Shown here piece after piece: positions 8,390-18,062 of a stretch of DNA of 64,000 nucleotides. The notes below the pieces were generated by a model that was given only the letters and a program-made list of their open reading frames with translations, searched no databases and had not been told where the DNA came from. Source of the DNA: Bacillota bacterium (lineage in GTDB: Bacteria; Bacillota; Sulfobacillia; Sulfobacillales; Sulfobacillaceae); assembly GCA_023511625.1 (NCBI GenBank), contig JAIMBD010000008.1, positions 12,969-76,968 of the forward strand, read 5' to 3'. Numbering within the stretch: the stretch's first letter is position 1; every line of letters starts with the position of its first letter. The position numbers and the translations under genes are program-made.

Positions 8390-9336
8390 CTTCCGGTGCC
8401 TTCGCCGAAGTTCGCCAGGTGGGCAAAGTCTCGGGTTTCGTACCAGCTGGCGACCTCGCGGCACACGGCTACCCAGTCCTGGGCCGCAGGGGAGAGCGCA
8501 CGCCCGAGGTGGATGAGCGAGATGGGGCGGGCGAGGCCGGACTGGGCCTTAGGATCCGGCAGGACAAAGGGGATGGCCGCCAAGGTGTCCTGGTAGAGGT
8601 GGTGGATGAGGGCCGAGCGCGGCAGGACCGTTAGGCCCAAACCGGCCTGGACCATGCGCTGGATGACGCCCACGTTGTCGATCTCCATCACCACCTCCAC
8701 CTGCACGTCGTAGATGGCGAAGATGGCGTTGAGGTCTTGGCGCAGGCCCGAGCGCCCGGTCATGGTTACCAAGGGGCAGCGGTGGAGGTCTTCGGGCCCC
8801 ACGGCGGATTGGCGGGCCAGCGGGTGGTCGGCGCGGCAGACCACCCACAGCTGGTCGCGAAACAGGGTCTCCGACCGCACGAAGGGATGCGGATACAGGG
8901 TCGAGACCACGCCCACCTCGACCGTTCCGGCGCTGACGAGGTCGTACACGTCGGCCGACAGACCGGTTTGGATGACGAGGTCGACGGTGGGGAAGGCGCG
9001 CCGGAAATACGCCACCGCTTGCGGCAGAAATCCGCTGACGCTGGTAAGACTGGCCCCGAGTTCTACCGTCTGCCGACTTTCCGGGGTCTCGGCCATCTGG
9101 CGGAGGGCGTCCACGTCCTTCAGCACCCGGCGCGCCTGGGCCAACACCTTCTGGCCAAAGGGCGTCAGTTGCAGGTAGCGGCCGTTGCGCACAAACAGGG
9201 GATGGCCGAACTCGCGCTCGAGTTGGTGGATCTGGCGCGAGAGCGCCGGTTGCGCCACCAACAAGGCCTCGGCGGCGCGCGAGACGGTGCCGAGGTCGGC
9301 GATCTTGACAAACCGGCGCAGGACTTCGAGGTTCAT
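8386..9336 (-). CDS. LysR-family transcriptional regulator
   Basis: N-terminal wHTH (LRRFVKIADLGTVSRAAEALLVAQPALSRQIHQLEREFG..LF.R) plus a substrate-binding domain. Divergent from the oxidoreductase gene. Confidence 0.9.
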   Translation of the reverse strand: MNLEVLRRFVKIADLGTVSRAAEALLVAQPALSRQIHQLEREFGHPLFVRNGRYLQLTPFGQKVLAQARRVLKDVDALRQMAETPESRQTVELGASLTSVSGFLPQAVAYFRRAFPTVDLVIQTGLSADVYDLVSAGTVEVGVVSTLYPHPFVRSETLFRDQLWVVCRADHPLARQSAVGPEDLHRCPLVTMTGRSGLRQDLNAIFAIYDVQVEVVMEIDNVGVIQRMVQAGLGLTVLPRSALIHHLYQDTLAAIPFVLPDPKAQSGLARPISLIHLGRALSPAAQDWVAVCREVASWYETRDFAHLANFGEGTGS

Positions 9337-9557
9337 CGGGGCCCTCCTTTGTCCCCCATTATATACACTCGGCCGGATTTGGGGGCCGGAACAAGATCGC
9401 CCCGGTTATAAAATCCGGCGCGGAAAGATCTTGGCCTGGGTTTTGAGCCTGACGGATAATGAAGCCGAACCCAGGGCTTGCAAACGCCCGCCGGTGGGCG
9501 CCGGCGCCGGCCAGGGGCGGCGCTCGGGCCATCGTGCGCAAGAGGGAAGGAGATGCT

Positions 9558-10913
9558 ATGGAGGCGACACGGGCGATCGAGGAACCCAGTCGCAAGACCC
9601 CCGTGTTAGGGGAGTACGAGGTGGTGGTGCTAGGCGGCGGCCCGGCGGGCATCATGGCTGCGGCCGCAGCGGGACGCGCCGGACGGTCCACCATCCTCAT
9701 CGAGCGTTACGGATTTTTAGGCGGGGCGGGGACCGTCAGCGGCCTTTCGTCGTTCTGCGGGCTCCACGCCCGGGTCTTTGGCGAGCATCGCCAGGTGGTG
9801 CACGGGCTGGCCGATGAGCTGTTGGAGCGCATCGACCGGCTCGATGGGCTGAACCCGCCCCACATTTCGTTCGGCAACCGCATCATGGCCCAGGCTTACG
9901 ACACGGCTGCGTACAAGATCGCGGCCGACGAGATGCTGTTGAGTTCCGGAGTCAAGCTCCTGTTTCACGCCTTTGCGGTGGGGGCCGTGATGGCTGACCC
10001 GCAGACCATCGCCGGGGTGTTGATCGAGTCGAAGTCGGGCCGTGGGGCGATCTTGGGCAAGATGTTCATCGACTGCTCCGGTGATGGCGACCTTGCCGCG
10101 TGGGCCGGGGCTCCGTACGAAAAGGGCGACCCGCGCACGGCCATGCTCTATCCTACCACCATGTTCCGCATCAACCAGGTGGACCCGGAGCGGGCAGGCA
10201 AAGCCGGAGAGACGCTCGCGCGGTTGATGGAGGAGGCGGAGCAGGCAGGGCGGGCCAAATTCCCCCGCAAGGGGGTCATCCTCTTCCCCCAGAAGCATCC
10301 CATCGAGTGGCGGGCCAACCTGACTCAGATCCGCAAGCCCGATGGCAGCGCCGTCGACGGCACCGACCTTGAGGACTTGGCTTGGGGCGAAGTGGAAGGG
10401 CGCCGGCAGGTCAAGGACCTCTTCGCCTTTATCAAGGCCAACGCCCCGGGATTTGAGGATTCCTACATCGTCGACATTGCCCCCCAGATCGGGATCCGCG
10501 AGACCCGGCGCGTGGTCGGGGAGTACCAGCTGACCGAAGACGACGTGCTCGATTGCGCCGACTTTCCCGACACCATCGGCGTCAACGGTTGGCCCATCGA
10601 GGCCCACGTGGCCGGCGCCGTGCAGGTGCGGTGGCCGCGCGATCCCGAAGGGCGCGGGTTCCACCAACTGCCCTACCGGATGATCCTCCCCCAGCGCATC
10701 GAAAACCTGCTGGTGGCGGGGCGCTGCGCCTCGATGACGCACGTGGGGCAGTCCTCGGCCCGAGTCACCGGGCCCGCGTTTGCCATGGGCCAGGCCGCCG
10801 GCATCGCCGCCGATATGGCCTTGCAGGCGGGGGTGGCGCCGCGGGCCATCGACGTCGGACGCCTGCAGGAACGCCTTGAGGCCATCGGGGCCTACCTCGG
10901 CCGCCGCGTCTGA
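9558..10913 (+). CDS. FAD-dependent oxidoreductase
   Basis: GGAAGGAG SD plus ATG 9558. Dinucleotide-binding motif VVVLGGGPAGIMAAAAAGRAG. About 450 aa. Confidence 0.85.
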   Translation: MEATRAIEEPSRKTPVLGEYEVVVLGGGPAGIMAAAAAGRAGRSTILIERYGFLGGAGTVSGLSSFCGLHARVFGEHRQVVHGLADELLERIDRLDGLNPPHISFGNRIMAQAYDTAAYKIAADEMLLSSGVKLLFHAFAVGAVMADPQTIAGVLIESKSGRGAILGKMFIDCSGDGDLAAWAGAPYEKGDPRTAMLYPTTMFRINQVDPERAGKAGETLARLMEEAEQAGRAKFPRKGVILFPQKHPIEWRANLTQIRKPDGSAVDGTDLEDLAWGEVEGRRQVKDLFAFIKANAPGFEDSYIVDIAPQIGIRETRRVVGEYQLTEDDVLDCADFPDTIGVNGWPIEAHVAGAVQVRWPRDPEGRGFHQLPYRMILPQRIENLLVAGRCASMTHVGQSSARVTGPAFAMGQAAGIAADMALQAGVAPRAIDVGRLQERLEAIGAYLGRRV

Positions 10914-10990
10914 CGGGATCGACGGCTTTGACGCCGGCCGGGCGGCATTCCTGCCGCCCGGCCGCGCGTAGTCTCGGGGGCTTCTGCCTT

Positions 10991-11956
10991 TTACTGCCAG
11001 GTCAAAAAGCCCATACCGACCCCGGTTCCGGCCAGCGAGCGATAGCCCGGGATGTAGTCGACGGTCTTGGCCTTGAAGTCGGAGAGCGCGGCCCCCACCG
11101 TGATCCAGGCCCGGACTTCGGAGGTGCCCCCCGTGAGTTGTTCGCGGGTGAGGGTGGCCAATCGGTCGACCTGGCCCGACTCCAGCGCATCCAACACGCC
11201 GCGGTCGAGGGACTCGTCGATGAGCCAATGGGTCAACCCGCCCGAGGCCATCATGACTACCCGCGCGTCCACCGGCCAAGCGTTGATGGCTTCGCGCAAG
11301 GCACGGCCTAACTGCAGGCACCGCGTGGGCGTCGGCTGGTTGGGCGGATAGTGGGCGTTGAGGATGACCGGTACAATGGGCACGTGGCGCGCAAGCCCGA
11401 GGCGCCGGCGGGCAAACGTGAAGGCGTGGCCCAGCGGTCGGCCGGGGATCTGGCGCGAGAACTGGGTGACGTCAAAATTCTGCGCGATGAGGCTCTCCAA
11501 GAGATGGCGAGACAGGCGGTGCTCGATGGGATAAGGGTCCGGCTCGTGGTGGTGCCACGCCCACAACCCCATCCGGATCGGGGCCGGGACTTGGGTTTCG
11601 GGGATGGGGTGGTCCCACATCAGGTCCCCCATGAACAACGCCAACGCAGGCTGCCCTTCCGGTCCCCACAACTCGTCCTGGTCATCGCCCACGATTACCA
11701 ACACGTCGGGGCGGGTCTCCTCCAAAAACTTGCCGAGTTTGGCCACAGCGTCCTGAGCCCGCTGGTACTTCTCCTGCCAACGGCTGGGAGTCACTTCGTC
11801 TTGCAGCTTGGGGCCGCGTTCAGCCATCAACACGTCGTAGCGTTCTTTCAGATGATTGCGGTCGCCATCGCCCAGAATGGTCCATTTGTCTGGGGCGATG
11901 CTCATTTGCGGGGTGTGGGCGGTGCCAATGCCCGCCACGATCTCGGCCATCGCCAT
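10991..11956 (-). CDS. Class III extradiol ring-cleavage dioxygenase (LigB family)
   Basis: GGGAGG SD plus ATG 11956. Motifs MAEIVAGIGTAHTPQ..., VIVGDDQDELW, GHAFTF and ASGGLTHW are typical of LigB/gallate-dioxygenase-like proteins. Confidence 0.8.
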   Translation of the reverse strand: MAMAEIVAGIGTAHTPQMSIAPDKWTILGDGDRNHLKERYDVLMAERGPKLQDEVTPSRWQEKYQRAQDAVAKLGKFLEETRPDVLVIVGDDQDELWGPEGQPALALFMGDLMWDHPIPETQVPAPIRMGLWAWHHHEPDPYPIEHRLSRHLLESLIAQNFDVTQFSRQIPGRPLGHAFTFARRRLGLARHVPIVPVILNAHYPPNQPTPTRCLQLGRALREAINAWPVDARVVMMASGGLTHWLIDESLDRGVLDALESGQVDRLATLTREQLTGGTSEVRAWITVGAALSDFKAKTVDYIPGYRSLAGTGVGMGFLTWQ

Positions 11957-12380
11957 TCCTCCCTCAGTGCACGCCTTGCGGCTTCGGATGTCCCGGGTGC
12001 GGTGCACCTCAAGGGGCATCCTGGGCTCTTTTGCTCAAGACCCATCCTCGCAGGGGCGGGGTGCGCCCAGCCCAGTCAGGCCACTCATCCTACATTATAT
12101 ACGACCGGGCTGAATTCCGGCGGCGCGGGTGGCGCATTCGGCGAAAAGGACGGAATGTGACGACAACGGAACCGGTTGGTCGAAATTGTTGACAATGCTG
12201 CGAACTCGAGGCTATGATGCCGGACGACGACGCCCTCGATGAGAGCAGCAGTGGGCGATGAGGGCCGTTTGGAAAGGACCTCCTCCGCGCGGGCTGGGCG
12301 GCCACGGCGCCGGCGGCCATGGGGGGGAATCCGCGTGTCGCCCCAAAAGACAGCAATGGCACGAAGGAGTGAGGACGTCG

Positions 12381-13343
12381 ATGGCGGAGATTGTGTTGGC
12401 GGTGGGGACCTCGCACAGTCCCCAGTTGAGCATTCCCCCGGAAGGGTGGCAGGCGCTCGGCGAGATGGACCGGGCCAATCCAGACATTCCGTTCGCCGAG
12501 CTCGAACGGCGGCGAGCCAAGGGGCTCCAGTCGGCCCTGAACCGCGCCGAGTGGCAGGCGCGTTACGCCCGGTGCCAGGCGGCCATTACCCAATTGGGCG
12601 CGTTTTTGACGGCGCAGCCGCTCGATGCCCTGGTGGTGGTCGGCGATGACCAGGGGGAGCTTTGGGGACCCGAGGAGCACCCGGCGCTGGCCGTCTTCGC
12701 CGGGGAGACGGTATGGGACGTGCCCATCGATCCGAAGACGGTGGCACCGGCCTATCGCCCGGCCATGTGGGCGTGGCACGGTACGGCGCCCGAACCCTAT
12801 GCCGGCCATCCGGCCTTGGCCCGGCACATTTTGGAAGGGTTGACCCGGCGCGGCTTTGACGCCACCCAGGTCACCCAGCAGCTACCTGGGCGCACCTTGG
12901 GGCACGCCTTTACCTTCGTCCGCCGGCGGCTCGGTGTTCCGCCTTCGGTGCCGTTGGTCCCGGTGATGTTGAACGAGTTCTTCCCGCCCAACATTCCTAC
13001 GCCGGCCCGCTGCGTGGCCCTCGGGGAGGCGTTGGGCGACATCCTGGCGAGCTGGGCGGACGACAAGCGGATCGGATTGGTGGCTTCAGGAGGATTGACC
13101 CACTTCGTTATCGAAGAGGAGATCGACCGGGCGGTGCTGGACGCGCTTGTGCAACAGCGTCCCGACCGGCTGGCGGACCTGCCCGAAGCCCAACTGGTGT
13201 CGGGCAGCGCCGAGATCCGCAACTGGATCGTGGTGGCAGCGGCCGTAGCGGGGCGGCTTCGGCCCAACGTGGTCGACTACGTGCCGACCTATCGTTCGGA
13301 GGCCGGAACCGGCGTGGGGATGGGCTTTATGATCTGGCAGTAG
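12381..13343 (+). CDS. Class III extradiol dioxygenase (LigB family), paralog of 10991-11956
   Basis: ATG 12381 follows GAAGGAG. It has the same motif set (MAEIVLAVGTSHSPQ, VVVGDDQGELW, GHAFTF, ASGGLTHF) and both proteins end GTGVGMGF(L/M)(T/I)WQ. Confidence 0.8.
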   Translation: MAEIVLAVGTSHSPQLSIPPEGWQALGEMDRANPDIPFAELERRRAKGLQSALNRAEWQARYARCQAAITQLGAFLTAQPLDALVVVGDDQGELWGPEEHPALAVFAGETVWDVPIDPKTVAPAYRPAMWAWHGTAPEPYAGHPALARHILEGLTRRGFDATQVTQQLPGRTLGHAFTFVRRRLGVPPSVPLVPVMLNEFFPPNIPTPARCVALGEALGDILASWADDKRIGLVASGGLTHFVIEEEIDRAVLDALVQQRPDRLADLPEAQLVSGSAEIRNWIVVAAAVAGRLRPNVVDYVPTYRSEAGTGVGMGFMIWQ

Positions 13344-13471
13344 CTGCCCAAGGCTCGCGCGGGGACGTCCCGCCTGCGTCGACTCCCACCGGGATCCATT
13401 CCAGAAGCTCGCCGCCGAAGGGGCAGCGGGCGTATGAGGCGACGGGAGCGCGGTGAGGAGGGAGGCGGCAG

Positions 13472-14251
13472 GTGTCACAGGCAGACGATCTGCGGTCCTT
13501 GGCGGGAAAGGTGGCCATCGTCACCGGAGGGGGGACGGGCCTCGGTCGCGCCATCGCGGAGACCTTGGTGGCGCGGGGGGCCCAGGTGGCCTTGATCGGC
13601 CGGCGGCCGGAGCCGGTGGAGCGCGCGGCGCAAGCGCTCAATCAACGGCGGGAGCAAGCGGCTTGGGCCGCCACCGGTGACGTCTCGCGCCCCGAGGACG
13701 TGGCGCGCTTTGTGGCCGAAGTCCAGGCGCACTTTTCCCACATCGATATCTTGGTGAACAACGCGGCAGTGGCTGAGGTGGCGCCGTTTGCGGAGATGCC
13801 GTGGGATCTCTTTCAGCGCGCGCTCGACATCAACATCGGCGGCACGGCGCGCATGATCCAGGCCGTGTTGCCAGCGTTTAGGGCGGCTGCGGGCGGGGCC
13901 ATCGTCAACGTGTCGTCCATCGCGAGCCGCATGGTCTTTCCCGGGAGCGCGGCCTATGCGGCCTCCAAAGGCGCCGTGGAAGGGTTGACCCGGGCCTTGG
14001 CGGTCGAACTTGCGCCCTTGGGGATTCGGGTCAACGCCGTGGCTCCCTATGCCATCGCCACCGAGGCCTGGAACGGCATGATGGCGGCGCATCCCGAGAT
14101 GGAGGCGCCGCTTCGCGCTACCATCCCCTTGGGACGGTTTGGCCATCCCCAAGAAGTGGCGGAGTTGGTGGCGTTTTTGGTCAGCCCGGCCGCAGGCTTT
14201 ATCAACGGGGCGATCTACGCCATCAACGGCGGGGCCACGAGCGCCCTCTGA
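13472..14251 (+). CDS. SDR-family oxidoreductase
   Basis: TGGGTGLGRAIA glycine motif, NNAA, and the catalytic S...YAASK. Confidence 0.9.
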   Translation: MSQADDLRSLAGKVAIVTGGGTGLGRAIAETLVARGAQVALIGRRPEPVERAAQALNQRREQAAWAATGDVSRPEDVARFVAEVQAHFSHIDILVNNAAVAEVAPFAEMPWDLFQRALDINIGGTARMIQAVLPAFRAAAGGAIVNVSSIASRMVFPGSAAYAASKGAVEGLTRALAVELAPLGIRVNAVAPYAIATEAWNGMMAAHPEMEAPLRATIPLGRFGHPQEVAELVAFLVSPAAGFINGAIYAINGGATSAL

Positions 14252-14288
14252 CGGCTTGGCGTTTGGAGGAAGCGAGGAGGCGGTTACC

Positions 14289-14873
14289 ATGGGGAAGTAT
14301 TTCGAGGTCCAGCACATGATGCGGGAGACCGAGCGGCTTCTCGCCACGGAGCAAAGCCCCCGGCGGCGCGCGATTCTCAAGAACTTCCGCCGGCATGGCA
14401 TGTTGGAAGTGGCCGGGCGCTGGGAGGAGATCCTCACTCCGGAGATGATCGTGGAACACCCCGTCTACCGCATCACCGAAAAGGGTAAGACGACGGTCTT
14501 GGATGGGATGGAGGCCGTGCGTCAGTTCTACCGGCAGCTGACCGAAAGCCGGCTCAACGTCTTCGGGGCCCTCGAAGAGCGCATCGCCGTCGCCGACTGG
14601 GGGCTGGCCATCCAGTCGCTGTTCGGCCACTTCCTCCCCGGTCGGGTGCTGCTGGAACAGGGGGAGACGGTAGATGACCCCGACGGCTGGTACTTTCTCA
14701 CTCACTGGCTGGCCTCGATCTGGCCCTACGACGAGCAGGGCCGCCTGATGGGGGAATACGTGTACGAAGACACGGGCAGTCGCCACATCGAAAAAATGGA
14801 TCCCAAAGACGTGGTTACGCCGGAACAGGCCCGTGCCATCCTCGATCCCTTGATCGACCAGCAGTGGGACTGA
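14289..14873 (+). CDS. NTF2/SnoaL-like fold protein (putative)
   Basis: ATG 14289. 194 aa. Its size and position after the SDR fit polyketide-cyclase/NTF2-like accessory proteins. The assignment is weak. Confidence 0.5.
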   Translation: MGKYFEVQHMMRETERLLATEQSPRRRAILKNFRRHGMLEVAGRWEEILTPEMIVEHPVYRITEKGKTTVLDGMEAVRQFYRQLTESRLNVFGALEERIAVADWGLAIQSLFGHFLPGRVLLEQGETVDDPDGWYFLTHWLASIWPYDEQGRLMGEYVYEDTGSRHIEKMDPKDVVTPEQARAILDPLIDQQWD

Positions 14874-15050
14874 CGGCCAGGGCGCGGGCGCCCCGAGGCG
14901 ATGACCGCTTCGGGGCGCCGCGCCGTTTTTACACTGCCCGGGACCAGGCGCTGGCTCTGGCCGGCGCATGGGGCGAACGGCAGTGGGGCAAAGTCCAGAA
15001 GGAGGACTCTACCGGTCGGACCGTAGGCCCTAAGGGGAGGCGGATGCGCG

Positions 15051-16283
15051 GTGGCTCGGGCAGGGTTTTTGGTGCCGTTGGGCGAAGGCCACATCAACCC
15101 GGCGCTGGGCTTGGCCCAGGCGTTGGTACGGCGCGGGGAGGCCGTCACCATGTATGTCGATCCGGCCTGGAGGACCCGGGTCGAACGTATCGGGGCGGCG
15201 TTTTCGCCCCTGGCCAGCTTGGTGCGGCCCGACCGCTTGCGCGAGGCCGCGCGGTGGCCGGGGGGCATCCCTTGGGCGGCAGCGGAGGCGCACCTCCTCG
15301 ACTGGGTGACGGGCACGGCCGAGGCCCTCGGGCCACGCCTTCGGGCCGACGGGATCGATTACCTCGTGGCCGACAGCGCCGTCGGGCTTTTGGGGGCCGT
15401 GGTCAGCCAACACCTTGGAGTGCGCCATATCGGCCTTTGTACCACCTTTGCCTGGACGGTGGGCCTATCGCCCCTGTTCGCTCGCCGCGGGGGCGGGCGC
15501 AATGCCGATCCCGGAGCCGAGCAGGCGCGCGCAGAGGCGGTGGCCCGATTTCAGGAGCGGTGGAGGGTGCAGCCACCAGCCTTTCCGGAGGGGTGGATGG
15601 AGCTGGCGGAGACGGTGCTCGTCTTCACGTCGCGCGATTTTCAGCCCCACGGCGATCGGTTTGGTGCCCGCTATCACTTCATCGGGCCGTGTCTGGGCGC
15701 GCGCGAGGACGGGGAACCGGCGTTTTGGCAGGCCGTGGAGAGGGCGGCGTCGGTGGGGGGGTCTAAGCGCCCACTGCTCTATGTGGCGCTCGGCACGCTC
15801 TTCAACCATCGGCCGGCCTTCTGGGCCACTTGCCTCAAGGCCTTTTCCGACTATCCAGGGCCGGTGGTGATGGCCGTGGGGCCGCATACCGCGCCCGAAG
15901 AGCTGCCGGCCGTGCCCCCGCACGTGGTGGTGCGGCCGCGGGTGCCACAGGTGGCCGTCCTCGCCCGGGCTGGCGTCTTTGTCAGCCATGGGGGGATGAA
16001 CAGCGTCCAGGAGGCATTGGTGCACGGGGTACCGCTCCTCCTCTATCCCTTGACGGCCGACCAGCCGGCTGTGGCCGACCGGGTTGTGGAACTCGGGGCC
16101 GGGCGCAGGATCGGCCCCGACCCTACGCCCGAGGACTTGCGCGAAGGGGTGGAGGAACTCGTGAACGAGGCGCGGTATCGCGCGGCGGCAGAGCGCATCG
16201 GGGCCTCGCTCCGCGCCGCCGGCGGCTGCGAGCGGGGCGCAGAGCTGGTGCTCGCGTTCGAGCGGGCGCACACCTGGCACTAG
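15051..16283 (+). CDS. GT1-family glycosyltransferase (MGT/UDP-glycosyltransferase type)
   Basis: N-terminal PLGEGHINPALGLAQALVRRGEAV. C-terminal donor motif FVSHGGMNSVQEALVHGVPLLLYPLTADQP. Confidence 0.8.
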   Translation: MARAGFLVPLGEGHINPALGLAQALVRRGEAVTMYVDPAWRTRVERIGAAFSPLASLVRPDRLREAARWPGGIPWAAAEAHLLDWVTGTAEALGPRLRADGIDYLVADSAVGLLGAVVSQHLGVRHIGLCTTFAWTVGLSPLFARRGGGRNADPGAEQARAEAVARFQERWRVQPPAFPEGWMELAETVLVFTSRDFQPHGDRFGARYHFIGPCLGAREDGEPAFWQAVERAASVGGSKRPLLYVALGTLFNHRPAFWATCLKAFSDYPGPVVMAVGPHTAPEELPAVPPHVVVRPRVPQVAVLARAGVFVSHGGMNSVQEALVHGVPLLLYPLTADQPAVADRVVELGAGRRIGPDPTPEDLREGVEELVNEARYRAAAERIGASLRAAGGCERGAELVLAFERAHTWH

Positions 16284-17384
16284 CACCGGATGGTGTTCCG
16301 CCGCTTGAGGCTCCTCATCGCCGGCCCGGCCACCTCCTAGAGCCCGAGCGAAGATGCGGTAGCGCTTCCGGGCTGCGGGCCCCGGCCGCGCGGGGGGGCC
16401 GGTTGGCTTAGTGCCGCCAAGTCATCGCCCCCATGGCGCATGCGACGCGGCAGGTGCGCCACCAGTTCCCGTGCGCGTCGGGCGCACCGGGGACCGGTGG
16501 GCAGCGACCCGCGCGCGTCTTTGGCCGGGAAATCCTCGGGGGTCGGCGCTTTCTGTAAGCCGTTTCTGGAGGCACCGGCACGCCCCGATCGGGCCTCAAC
16601 AGGTCATCCCGGATCAGGCTCGACGGGTCGGGAGGTGGAGGCTGGCCGGGCGCGCGGGCGCCGTGCCCCTCAGCCGCGGCCGACTTCCCAGCGCCACCGA
16701 GTGTCCCGCCGATCATACCGGCCATGGCCGCGGTCAGGATCGGCATGCCGCCGGTCACGCCACACAGCCTGCGGCGGCGACCATCCCGCCCAAAAGCCCG
16801 CCCGCCGTCGCGCCCTTGAGGCATCCCGTGAGGGCAAGGGGATCCGACGCCACCGGCCAGCTCCGCCACCAAGGCGGCCGGGATGCCGGTGACCACGCCC
16901 AGGGAGCCGACGGGCCTTGCCCACAGCCCCCACAGCCCTGCAGTGATGAGCCCGCTGACTGCTCCTGCTGGCCAAAAGCCCGGGCGCATGGGGAGGTTGT
17001 CGCGCATGCGAGCCCTTCCGCCTTGTGATGGGTGCGTGAAATCCGGCGGCCGGTGGCGGACAGGGCAGGGCTTCGCAATGTCTAGGTATGGCCTAAGACC
17101 GTCCCCAAGACCGTCGGAGCGGGCAGTGCCGAAGCGGCTCGGCGGCGCCCGGGGCCGGCGTCTTGTCCGGAGATCCAGGGCGGGTGCGGTTTCCGGTCAC
17201 GGCCTCCCGGCACATTCCACCGGTGCCGTGGTCCAAAAGGGGGACCGCGAAGGGGCACCGGTGCGTGCCTCGGTCTCCGATGGTTCTAGGTCCCGAGGGC
17301 CGTAAGGCCGTGGGAGGAGCTGGGCGCGGCGAGTAGAGTAAATGGGAGGGGGAGCGGGCCGAAACCGGGTTGGGTCAGGGAGGG

Positions 17385-18062
17385 ATGGCGATGACGGTGG
17401 CGCTGGTGGAAGACGATGCCGACCTTCGCGCCGTGTTGCGGCAGTACCTCGAACACGACGGCCATCGGGTCGTGGCCGTCGGGACTGGAAAAGAGGCCTT
17501 GATGGCTGCCGGGGCAGCCGACCTGATGATATTGGATTTGGCCTTGCCGGACCTAGACGGGGTGGAGGTGCTACGCCGGATTCGCGCGGCGGGCCATCTG
17601 CTCCCGATCCTGATCCTCACCGCCCGCGGCAGCGAAGCTGATCGCCTGTTGGGTCTTGGGCTCGGAGCGGATGACTACGTCGTCAAACCGGTGTCTCCCC
17701 GCGAAGTGTGTCTGAGGGTGGGAGCCATCTTGCGGCGCGCCCAAGGCGGGTTGCAGCCCGAACGGGTGCTGCACTGCGGAGGGGTGACGATGTGGCCCGA
17801 CCGTCATCAAGTGATGGCGGACGGCCAGCCGGTCGAGCTGACGCCGCACGAGTTTGACCTCTTGGGGCAGCTTTTGGCTGCCCCGGGCCATTTTGTCTCC
17901 CGCGAGGTGCTGTTGGCGCGGGTCTGGCCCGACGGCTACGTGAGCGATCACGTGCTGGAGGTGCACATCGCCGCCTTGCGGCGAAAGCTTCAGGGCCACC
18001 TGCGTATCGTGGCTGTGCGCGGAGCGGGATACCGCCTGCTGGCGGAGGAGGCAGGGCCATGA
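17385..18062 (+). CDS. OmpR-family response regulator
   Basis: Receiver domain (VALVEDD...LMILDLALPDLDG) plus a winged-helix output domain (LTPHEFDLLGQLL...VEVHIAALRRKL...VRGAGYRL). Confidence 0.9.
   Translation: MAMTVALVEDDADLRAVLRQYLEHDGHRVVAVGTGKEALMAAGAADLMILDLALPDLDGVEVLRRIRAAGHLLPILILTARGSEADRLLGLGLGADDYVVKPVSPREVCLRVGAILRRAQGGLQPERVLHCGGVTMWPDRHQVMADGQPVELTPHEFDLLGQLLAAPGHFVSREVLLARVWPDGYVSDHVLEVHIAALRRKLQGHLRIVAVRGAGYRLLAEEAGP

Noticed and set aside
16408-17007. 199-aa minus-strand ORF with Gly-rich hydrophobic stretches (possible glycine-zipper membrane protein). A related stretch occurs in another frame at 16755-17078.
   Set aside because: The plausible membrane-like segments are split over two frames, and the C-terminal half is R/P-rich noise. 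At best it is a decayed gene, so no confident call is made for 16290-17380.
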